From: Burkholderiaceae bacterium
Lineage (GTDB): Bacteria > Pseudomonadota > Gammaproteobacteria > Burkholderiales > Burkholderiaceae_F
Direction: 5' to 3'
Length of the DNA: 53,879 nt
Assembly: GCA_035255845.1 (NCBI GenBank)
Contig: DATEZE010000224.1
Coordinates: forward strand, 1-53,879
A program made the position numbers and the translations under genes. Positions 11,908 to 19,315 of this stretch are shown here, one piece after another (within the stretch, counting starts at the first letter, position 1; each line of letters starts with the position of its first letter). The notes under the pieces were generated by a model that ran no database searches, was not told the origin of the DNA, and worked only from the letters and a program-made list of their open reading frames with translations.

Positions 11908-12047
11908 GCCGGTTGCGGCGGAGTTTGGGAATACCCGGACACGCCTTGTGTGAATTTGCTGGCAGTGCAATGCTGCATACGCCAGCCGGCAACTGTCGAA
12001 TCGCCACGTGAGGCGGGAATCTGCGGCGCCCAAAATCGGGCGATTAC

Positions 12048-13940
12048 GTGATTCCGGGGAGAACGACGTTGCTGGCAGCGTTGACATCGATGGATGACGC
12101 ACGCGCGTTCAGGCGGGCGTCGCTGACTGAACTCGAGCCGCGGAAGAAGGACGTGATCCCCGAAATCCTGCCGCCAGAGATCGGGACCACGCGCGACGTG
12201 CGCACCGTGCTCGTCGCCGATGTGGTCGAGTCCGTGCGCCTGATGCAGGAAGACGAAGCCGGGACCGTCCAGCGCTGGCGCGCGTTCGTCGATCACGTCG
12301 TTCATCGGTTGTTGCCAGGACAGGAAGGCCGTCTCGTCAAGAGTCTGGGCGACGGACTGATGCTCGAGTTCCCGCGAGTCAACACGGCAATCGGCATCGC
12401 GTTCGCGATGCAGGAAGCAGCGGTCCACGCAAATGTCGACGTTGCACCGGAGCGCAAGCTGCACTTGCGCATCGGCATCCATGTCAGCGCGCGTGTCGCC
12501 GACGAACACGACATCTACGGGCACGGCGTCAACCTGGCCGCCCGCCTGACCACGCTCGCGGGACCCGACGAGATCGTCGTTTCCGCGGACGTGCGCGATC
12601 AGCTCACACCGGCGCTCGATGCCGACATCGAAGACCTGGGCGAGTGCTATGTAAAGCACGTGCAGCAACCGGTGCGTGCATTCCGTGTCGGCGCACCCGG
12701 CGAACAGCCGGTGATCGAACGCGGCAACCTCACGGAGGACCTGCGCGCGACCATCGCTGTCATACCGTTCCGGCCACGCGCGCTGCAGTCAACCGACGAC
12801 GTGCTCGGGCAGTTGCTGGCTGACGAGGTGATCTCGGCCCTGTCGCACTCGCCCGAGGTCAACGTGATCTCGCGTCTGTCGACGTCAACTTTCCAGGGAC
12901 GCGATGTCAAGCTCGAAGACGTCAGCGCGTATCTGCGGGCTGACTACGTAGTGTCGGGCTCCTACCACGTCGACGGCGATCGCGTGACGCTGAAGGCCGA
13001 GATGGCCGAAACGCGATCGATGCAGGTCATCTGGTCGCAATCGCTGAAGGGCAGCGTTAACGGCGTGATCGCCGGCGACGATCCCCTTGCCAACCATCTC
13101 GTAAGCCAGGCCTGTGCCGCGATGATGGTGCGCGAACTGCAGCAGTCGCAGGGCAAGGCTCCGCAGAGTCTGCAGAATCACACGTTGCTCCTATCGAGCA
13201 TCGCGCTGATGCATCGGATCTCGCCGCTCGCGTTCCAGCGCTCGGAGCAGCTCCTGCAGGTGCTGATCGACCGCACGCCGCGTCTGGCCTCGCCCTACGC
13301 CTGGATGGCGAAATGGCACGTTCTGCGAGTGACGCAGGGTTGGTCCAGCGACGCGCAGTCGGATGGGAAGGTCGCCCTAGAAAACACCAAGCGCGCGCTT
13401 GACCGTGACGCCACGTCGTCCCTCGCAATGACCGTCGAGGGCCAGGTCAATACCTACATCTTGAAGCGGCTCGATATCGCCGAGCAGCTGTATGCGCAGG
13501 CGCTGCAATCCAACCCCAACGATTCGCTCGCGTGGCTGCTGAAAGGCACGCTGCACGCGTTCCGCGACGAAGGCAAGGAAGCGGTACGGCATACGCGGCA
13601 TGCGCTGAAGCTCTCGCCGCTCGATCCGCTGAAGTACTACTTCGATTCGCTGGCAGCCACGGCCGCCCTGTCCGCGCACGACTACGCTCGCGCACTACAA
13701 CTGACGGAACGATCACTTCGCTTGAACCGCACGCACGCTTCGACCCTTCGCGTAATGATCACAGCACTGGTTCGACTGGGCCGCATGGACGATGCTCGCC
13801 GGCATACTGAACAACTACTCAGACTCGAACCAGGCTTCAGCGTGGCGCTTCATATGGAGCGGTCGCCGGGTGCTCCTTACAAAATTGGTCGCGACGTTGC
13901 AACGGCGCTCGCGGACGCGGGCGTTCCACTGCGTGCCTGA
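12048..13940 (+). CDS. class III adenylate/guanylate cyclase fused to TolB-N-like and TPR modules
   Basis: 630 aa. Cyclase motifs are VLVADVVESVRLM (metal Asp), VKSLGDGLMLEF (Lys and second Asp) and GHGVNLAARL (Asn/Arg). Next comes ATIAVIPFRPRA...LADEVISALS (TolB-N-like), then a C-terminal helical TPR-like region. GTG start at 12048, with an alternative ATG at 12090. Confidence 0.85.
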   Translation: MIPGRTTLLAALTSMDDARAFRRASLTELEPRKKDVIPEILPPEIGTTRDVRTVLVADVVESVRLMQEDEAGTVQRWRAFVDHVVHRLLPGQEGRLVKSLGDGLMLEFPRVNTAIGIAFAMQEAAVHANVDVAPERKLHLRIGIHVSARVADEHDIYGHGVNLAARLTTLAGPDEIVVSADVRDQLTPALDADIEDLGECYVKHVQQPVRAFRVGAPGEQPVIERGNLTEDLRATIAVIPFRPRALQSTDDVLGQLLADEVISALSHSPEVNVISRLSTSTFQGRDVKLEDVSAYLRADYVVSGSYHVDGDRVTLKAEMAETRSMQVIWSQSLKGSVNGVIAGDDPLANHLVSQACAAMMVRELQQSQGKAPQSLQNHTLLLSSIALMHRISPLAFQRSEQLLQVLIDRTPRLASPYAWMAKWHVLRVTQGWSSDAQSDGKVALENTKRALDRDATSSLAMTVEGQVNTYILKRLDIAEQLYAQALQSNPNDSLAWLLKGTLHAFRDEGKEAVRHTRHALKLSPLDPLKYYFDSLAATAALSAHDYARALQLTERSLRLNRTHASTLRVMITALVRLGRMDDARRHTEQLLRLEPGFSVALHMERSPGAPYKIGRDVATALADAGVPLRA

Positions 13941-13977
13941 TGACAAGCCGAAATGAACTTCGGGAAGGGAAAAACTT

Positions 13978-15171
13978 ATGAGCTGGCTAGAGGGCATGGA
14001 AGGCATGGAAGGCATGGAGGGGATGGAGGGCATGGAGGGGATGGAGGGCATGGAAGGCATGCAGGGCATGTTTCAGCGCTTCCCTTCGGGCGCCTTGATC
14101 ACTCACCGCGACGGGATCGTCGGTTCCTGGGCCATCCCTGCGGTTGGCGTCGGATGGACACTGCCGCCCCGCACTTCCAGCACGGACGGCAATCTAAAAT
14201 TATGGGACCCGCGCATCCGCAGCTTCGTGCTCGAGTCCGAGCTGCTGTCGCGGCTTTGCTTCGGCGTTGACACCAATCCGGTCGGCGGCGTGAAGTGGGC
14301 AACTCTCTGGGCGCTCGAAGTGACGGCGGCCGCGACGGGCTCGAGCCCGCCGATGTGGAATACGCCGGCAGCAATCAATGCCGGCCTGATTCCTGCCGGC
14401 AACTGGACCCCACTGGTTCAAATGCAGGAGCCGGAACCTGCTGTGTTGGACGATCAGCTGGACCTCGTAGCAGGCTACGCGGATTTACGTGGCGACCGCG
14501 CGCGCGAAATCGTCGCGCAGATTCAAGTGCAATACTCGTTCTGGGGTTCCGTGGTTCCGCTTTTCACGGCGCGACACAAGCGGACGTTTGAGTTGATCCG
14601 GCTGGTCCTGCAGCTCGCCAAGTACGCGGAGATGAACTTCAAGAACGCGTTCGGCGTCCAGCGTCCGCACGAACGGTCCGCGCAGATCCAGCCGATGATC
14701 TCGACGCCGATCCATGGGTCGTTTCCAAGCGGACACGCCACTGAGGCCATCACCGTCGCGCGCGTGCTGTACGAGCTCGTGAGCCAGAACTCCGGAAATG
14801 CGAACGGCAAGCAGCAACTTCGAGAAATGCTGCTGCGGCAGGCGGCACGCATTGCGATCAACCGCACGGTCGCAGGCGTGCATTACCCGATCGACAGTCT
14901 TGCAGGGCAGATGCTGGGCCTGAGCATTGCCGAGTATGCGCTTGCACGGATGCGTCCGACCAACAATCCGGTCAACACTTGGCAGTTCGTCCCATCCGCG
15001 GCCAACGTGCCAAACGGTACGGACTTCACCGGCCACGAGCTCTTTCACTTCGTCAACAACGCTCGAACCGCAACCACGTACGCGCAGCAACCGGCGGGGT
15101 CCGCCTCCAAAGTCGCAACGTCTCCGAGCTTAGTGTGGCTGTGGGGCGAAGCGCTCGCGGAGTGGCAGTGA
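13978..15171 (+). CDS. soluble PAP2 / vanadium-haloperoxidase-fold protein with N-terminal (MEG)n tract
   Basis: 397 aa. The full PAP2 active-site signature is present: K222-x6-R229-P230 (KNAFGVQRP), P250-S-G-H253 (PSGH) and R296-x5-H302-x3-D306 (RTVAGVHYPID). I see no TM helix or signal peptide. The true start could be any of the repeated ATGs up to 14068. Confidence 0.75.
   Translation: MSWLEGMEGMEGMEGMEGMEGMEGMEGMQGMFQRFPSGALITHRDGIVGSWAIPAVGVGWTLPPRTSSTDGNLKLWDPRIRSFVLESELLSRLCFGVDTNPVGGVKWATLWALEVTAAATGSSPPMWNTPAAINAGLIPAGNWTPLVQMQEPEPAVLDDQLDLVAGYADLRGDRAREIVAQIQVQYSFWGSVVPLFTARHKRTFELIRLVLQLAKYAEMNFKNAFGVQRPHERSAQIQPMISTPIHGSFPSGHATEAITVARVLYELVSQNSGNANGKQQLREMLLRQAARIAINRTVAGVHYPIDSLAGQMLGLSIAEYALARMRPTNNPVNTWQFVPSAANVPNGTDFTGHELFHFVNNARTATTYAQQPAGSASKVATSPSLVWLWGEALAEWQ
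13993..14070 (+). repeat. 9-nt tandem repeat (GGCATGGAR), about 8.7 copies, encoding (Met-Glu-Gly)n
   Basis: Read directly: ggcatggaa ggcatggaa ggcatggag gggatggag ggcatggag gggatggag ggcatggaa ggcatgcag ggcatg. It lies in-frame at the 5' end of the 13978..15171 ORF. Confidence 0.95.
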
Positions 15172-15172
15172 A

Positions 15173-17560
15173 ATGCACGACCTGCCACCTAACGCCAGTT
15201 CGGACGAAAGGCCAAAGCGCCCAGCGCAGCCGTATCTCGATTGGGCCCTGGCGACCGGCTTTAGCTATTTGCGCGAAGGCAAGTGGATCCCTCTTTTAAT
15301 CGAGTTCAACGCAACCGAAGCGAGGAAGCCGCCTGGCAACGAGCGGCTCGCTGCGTTGGAAGCCTTCGCAACGCGACGTTGGTTGAACGATGATCCACGC
15401 ACGCTCGACGACGAGTTCGTTATCCCGGATCTCTTCGCCAATCCGCCCGCACTGCTGCGCCGGTCATCCGACTTCAATTTCTCCGTCGGGCTGATAAAGC
15501 GAGACGTTGAGGTCGTGCGTAGGCTGACGCAGTTGGACGGCTGGAACCGCACCATCCATCGGGTCGAATTGGGGCCGCCGATCAACTTCGCGGACAAGAC
15601 CGCTCCGGCGCTGAATGGATTTGCGTCCGGTCCGACCCCGCCGTCACCGACGTCGCGCGTGAAGCCTCGTAGTCGGCGCGACATAGCCAGCCGGACAATC
15701 GCGGCAGTGCGACGAGGAATTGCCCGCATCCGTTCGTGGCTCGCTGGCTCAGGATCACCCGGATCGGCGAGCGCAGGCGCGCCACCGCCTCCTCCGCCAC
15801 CCGCTTCAACGAACCCGGCGGGAACACCCGGAACGCCGAGTCCGGGATCGCCCCGGACAGCGCCGCCACGCGGCCAGTCGCAAGGTTCGAGCGCAGGCAG
15901 TGGTTCCGCAGACCAGTTCGAGCGCGTCGTCATCGCTGTCATCGATCAAGGTATCGCATTCGCCAACTCGCGCTTCTTCACTGGCGGAGCACCACGCATC
16001 GAGTACTTGTGGCAACAGAATGTGCTCGGCACGACTATTCCCGCCCCCGGCTTGACGATGCCGTTCACGCCGGGATTCGAGCTCAACCAAGCTGCAATCA
16101 TCAATGCTGTTGCCGCCGCCAGACTGGTGGGCGCTGACGACGAATGGGCGTATCGCAATTTTGGCGGCCTGAACTTCGGCATCGATGGTTATAAGCCGCT
16201 CGCGCGTCGGCGAACGCACGGAACGCATGTACTTGACCTGGCGGCTTCAGTCGCAAATCCGGCGAAACACCCGATCATCGCGGTCGACATGCCCGAGGAT
16301 GCAGTCGGTGACCCGGCTGGATCGACTCTCGCGGTGCAGGCAGCATGGGGTCTCATTTACATACTCGATCGCGCCGAGAAAATGCGCAAACCGAACGAGA
16401 CTCTGCCGGTCGTCGCGAATCTCAGCTACGGTCCCCACGAAGGACCGCACGACGGCACTTCGCTGTTCGAAGCCTTCATGGACGCGATATACGCGGCATC
16501 AGACACAACTCCGACGCCGATCGAGATCGTGCTCGCGGCCGGCAACTATAAGCAGACGCGCGCACACGCAGCGTTCGATCTCGCGAGCGGACAAAATCAG
16601 ACACTTCAATGGCGGCTTCAGCCCGGCAGCCTGACGGCCAGCTTGATGGAAATCTGGTTGCCGCCGCTGCCGCCAGGGTCCGGGCACCAAGTCACCGTAA
16701 CGCTGACGCCGCCAAACCCTTCAGCAACGCTGACTCCGATTACGGTGTCAACAAATGCCAACCATACCGATGAGGTTCCGACGGGCGCCACAACCAATGT
16801 GCTCTACCAGGCGAGGTATGAGCTGCCGTCGGGATCCGCCACGCGCGACTCTATCGTGCTCAGCATCGCCCGAACAGCACCAGACCCGGATGGAAGCTGG
16901 GGCCAGGCGGTCGTCCCATCCGGAATCTGGATGGTAACGGTGCAGTCAGCTACTCCCACACAGGTCATCCATGCGTGGATCCGGCGGTCCGATACGTTGT
17001 CGGGTCGGCGCGCGAAGGGCCGACAGTCCTACTTCGACGACCCCGATCCGGCGAGCTACCAGCGATTCTGGCCCAACGGCCGACCCCGCGATTTCGACCC
17101 GGTGGGTTCGCCGAGCTACGTGCGACGCATGCAGACACTAAGCGGGATCGCAACAGGCGACGAGCCGCGCATCATCGGCGGTTACTGCAATTCGGATTCG
17201 TATCCCGCCCATTACTCGTCCCATGGAACCCGCGTCCGGGCGGCAGTAACCACCGGACCCGATTGGCTAGAATGCTCTGATGATTCCGATGTGCTGCGCG
17301 GCGTGCATGCTGCGGGCACGCAATCCGGGTCGGTCGCAGCAATGAACGGGACCAGTGTCTCGGCTCCGCAGGCCACGCGTTGTATCGCCCAGGCATGGTT
17401 GGGGTTGGCTATCGGACAGCGACCCGGTCTTCCGCCAGGTCTGTTGCCCATTGTCGTACCTCGCCACCGACCGATACCTCTGGCCGAGTTCCCATTCGCT
17501 GCCACCAACGGCCGGGCGCCCTTTGCGCCAAGGTGGCCGCCGCGCCGACCGTACCCCTGA
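15173..17560 (+). CDS. subtilase (peptidase S8) without signal peptide; unknown N-terminal domain plus Pro/Gly/Ser-rich linker
   Basis: 795 aa. Catalytic signatures are VIAVID258QGI, RRRTH349GTHV, LAAGN458 and NGTS728VSAP, with codons checked at nt 15944, 16217, 16544 and 17354. Low-complexity tract at about aa 150-245 (GAPPPPPPPASTNPAGTPGTPSPGSP). The ATG is 1 nt after the upstream stop. Confidence 0.85.
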   Translation: MHDLPPNASSDERPKRPAQPYLDWALATGFSYLREGKWIPLLIEFNATEARKPPGNERLAALEAFATRRWLNDDPRTLDDEFVIPDLFANPPALLRRSSDFNFSVGLIKRDVEVVRRLTQLDGWNRTIHRVELGPPINFADKTAPALNGFASGPTPPSPTSRVKPRSRRDIASRTIAAVRRGIARIRSWLAGSGSPGSASAGAPPPPPPPASTNPAGTPGTPSPGSPRTAPPRGQSQGSSAGSGSADQFERVVIAVIDQGIAFANSRFFTGGAPRIEYLWQQNVLGTTIPAPGLTMPFTPGFELNQAAIINAVAAARLVGADDEWAYRNFGGLNFGIDGYKPLARRRTHGTHVLDLAASVANPAKHPIIAVDMPEDAVGDPAGSTLAVQAAWGLIYILDRAEKMRKPNETLPVVANLSYGPHEGPHDGTSLFEAFMDAIYAASDTTPTPIEIVLAAGNYKQTRAHAAFDLASGQNQTLQWRLQPGSLTASLMEIWLPPLPPGSGHQVTVTLTPPNPSATLTPITVSTNANHTDEVPTGATTNVLYQARYELPSGSATRDSIVLSIARTAPDPDGSWGQAVVPSGIWMVTVQSATPTQVIHAWIRRSDTLSGRRAKGRQSYFDDPDPASYQRFWPNGRPRDFDPVGSPSYVRRMQTLSGIATGDEPRIIGGYCNSDSYPAHYSSHGTRVRAAVTTGPDWLECSDDSDVLRGVHAAGTQSGSVAAMNGTSVSAPQATRCIAQAWLGLAIGQRPGLPPGLLPIVVPRHRPIPLAEFPFAATNGRAPFAPRWPPRRPYP

Positions 17561-17561
17561 G

Positions 17562-18047
17562 CTACGCCGCCAGCGCTCGTCCAACGTCCTTTTCCAAGTC
17601 CTCCGGCTTCGTCGTCGGCGCATAACGCTCGACGACGTTGCCCTCTTTATCGACCAGAAACTTGGTGAAGTTCCATTTGATCGCCTCGCTGCCGAGCAGG
17701 CCCTTTTTGGTGCTCGTCAAGTATTTGAACAGCGGGTGCGCGGCTTCGCCGTTGACATCGATCTTCGAGAACATCGGAAAGGTCACGCCGTAGTTCATCT
17801 CGCAGAACTCGGCGATCTCTGACTCGGGCCCCGGCTCCTGCTGGCCGAACTGGTTGCTTGGGAAACCGAGCACCGCGAAGCCGTTGTCCTTGTACTTCTT
17901 GTAGAGCGCTTCCAGCCCTTTGTACTGCGGCGTGAAGCCGCACTGGCTGGCAGTGTTCACGACCAGCAGCACTTTGCCCTTGTAGTCGGAAAGCCTGCGC
18001 GCCTTGCCGTCGATGGTCTTGGCGCTGAAGTCGTAGACAGTGGTCAT
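17562..18047 (-). CDS. gpx: glutathione peroxidase (Cys-type)
   Basis: [15 protein letters not shown]...[14 protein letters not shown]...[14 protein letters not shown] is the canonical GPx signature. The active-site residue is a TGC Cys codon. I prefer the ATG at 18047. Confidence 0.9.
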   Translation of the reverse strand: MTTVYDFSAKTIDGKARRLSDYKGKVLLVVNTASQCGFTPQYKGLEALYKKYKDNGFAVLGFPSNQFGQQEPGPESEIAEFCEMNYGVTFPMFSKIDVNGEAAHPLFKYLTSTKKGLLGSEAIKWNFTKFLVDKEGNVVERYAPTTKPEDLEKDVGRALAA

Positions 18048-18100
18048 TGGCGCGCCCCTGGGAGTTTCCAAGATTCCAGTTTAGCGACCGCGCCCGGCAG

Positions 18101-18128
18101 AAACGAAAACGGAGCGCCGCAGCGCCCC
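18101..18128 (-). terminator. probable rho-independent terminator downstream of pilU
   Basis: On the minus strand there is a hairpin GGGGCGC-TGCG-GCGCTCC (7 bp, one mismatch) followed by GTTTTCGTTT. It starts about 20 nt after the pilU stop. Confidence 0.5.
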
Positions 18129-18148
18129 GTTGCAGGGGATCGCCCCGG

Positions 18149-19291
18149 CTAACCGGCCAGCCCGAGGTGTTCGATACCTTTGTGGATTCCCGCCACGCCG
18201 CCCGAAAGCTTGCTGTTGAGCTTGATCTGCAGTCGCAGGTCGTTCACGGAATCGGCGTTGCGCAGCGCGTCCTCGTAGGAGATCTGCTCGCGCTCGTGCA
18301 GGTCGAACAGCGACTGGTCAAAGCTCTGCATCCCCTGCTCGCGCGAGCGCTTCATCACTTCCTTGATCTCGTGCACCTCGCCCTTGAAGACCAGGTCGGA
18401 GATCAACGGGTTGTTGATCAGGATTTCCACCGCCGGGATGCGGCCCTTGCGGTCCTTGAACGGGATCAGGCGCTGCGACACCATCGCCCGCAGGTTCAGC
18501 GAAAGGTCCATCAGCAACTGCTGGCGCTTCTCCTCGGGGAAGAAGTTGATGATGCGATCGAGCGCCTGGTTGGTCGAATTCGCGTGCAGCGTGCACATCA
18601 CCAGGTGGCCGGTCTCGGCGAAAGCGATCGCGTGTTCCATCGTCTCGCGTTCGCGCACCTCACCGATCAGGATCACGTCGGGCGCTTGGCGCAGCGTGTT
18701 CTTCAGCGCGACCTGCCAGGTCTCGCAGTCCACACCGACTTCGCGCTGAGAGATGATGCAGTTCTTGTGGGGGTGCACGTACTCGATCGGGTCTTCGATC
18801 GTGATGATGTGGCCGTTCGAATTTTCGTTGCGGTACCCAATCATCGCCGCCAGCGAGGTCGACTTGCCCGAACCGGTCGCGCCCACGACGATGACGATGC
18901 CGCGCTTGGCCATCGCCAGTTCGTTGATCAGATGCGGCAGGTTCAGTTCATCGGTGGTCGGAATGTGGTCGGCGATCGTCCGGAAGACGATCCCGACCTT
19001 GCCCTGCTGCACGAATGCCGAGACGCGGAAGCGACCGATGCCGGTCGGATTGATCGCGAAGTTGCACTCCTTGGTCTTCTCGAACTCAGTCGCCTGACGG
19101 TCGTTCATGATCGCGCGCACCAGTTCGCTGGTGTGCTGGGCGGTCAGCGGCTGGTTCGACACCGGCAGCACCCGGCCGTCGATCTTGAAGGCCGGCGGAA
19201 ATTCCGCCGTCAGAAACAGGTCCGAACCCTTCTTGCTGTGCAGCAGTCGCAGCAGGTCGTGGACGAATCGTGTGGCCTGGTCGCGTTCCAT
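18149..19291 (-). CDS. pilU: type IV pilus retraction ATPase PilU
   Basis: 380 aa. PilT/PilU family with Walker A GATGSGKST, and the longer paralogue sits downstream of pilT as in other proteobacteria. Confidence 0.9.
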   Translation of the reverse strand: MERDQATRFVHDLLRLLHSKKGSDLFLTAEFPPAFKIDGRVLPVSNQPLTAQHTSELVRAIMNDRQATEFEKTKECNFAINPTGIGRFRVSAFVQQGKVGIVFRTIADHIPTTDELNLPHLINELAMAKRGIVIVVGATGSGKSTSLAAMIGYRNENSNGHIITIEDPIEYVHPHKNCIISQREVGVDCETWQVALKNTLRQAPDVILIGEVRERETMEHAIAFAETGHLVMCTLHANSTNQALDRIINFFPEEKRQQLLMDLSLNLRAMVSQRLIPFKDRKGRIPAVEILINNPLISDLVFKGEVHEIKEVMKRSREQGMQSFDQSLFDLHEREQISYEDALRNADSVNDLRLQIKLNSKLSGGVAGIHKGIEHLGLAG

Positions 19292-19315
19292 CGTTGTCTT
19301 TCCTTTTGCGCGTCT

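Noticed and set aside
13993-14070. Possible CRISPR-like or regulatory repeat array
   Set aside because: The units are 9 nt, directly abutting with no spacers, and in-frame inside a CDS. This is a coding minisatellite, not a CRISPR array.
13815-14270. Alternative-frame ORFs over the 9-nt repeat: minus-strand (MPS)n ORF 13815-14069 and plus-strand His/Gly-rich ORF 13953-14270
   Set aside because: They exist only because the repeat is open in several frames. Only the 13978 frame continues into a 397-aa protein with a complete PAP2 active site. I keep the alternative plus-strand frame as a caveat in case of an indel error.
12048-17560. Assigning the cassette to a known defence family (Pycsar, CBASS, IetAS)
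   Set aside because: Pycsar and CBASS effectors carry cNMP-binding, SAVED or TM/TIR modules that I do not see here. The cyclase has a TPR sensor architecture typical of signalling proteins. IetAS requires an ATPase partner, which is absent. The cassette is therefore reported only as an unclassified candidate.
17562-18047. Possible selenocysteine (TGA recoding) in glutathione peroxidase
   Set aside because: The active-site codon in ...NTASQCGFT... is TGC (Cys). There is no in-frame TGA and no SECIS-like requirement.
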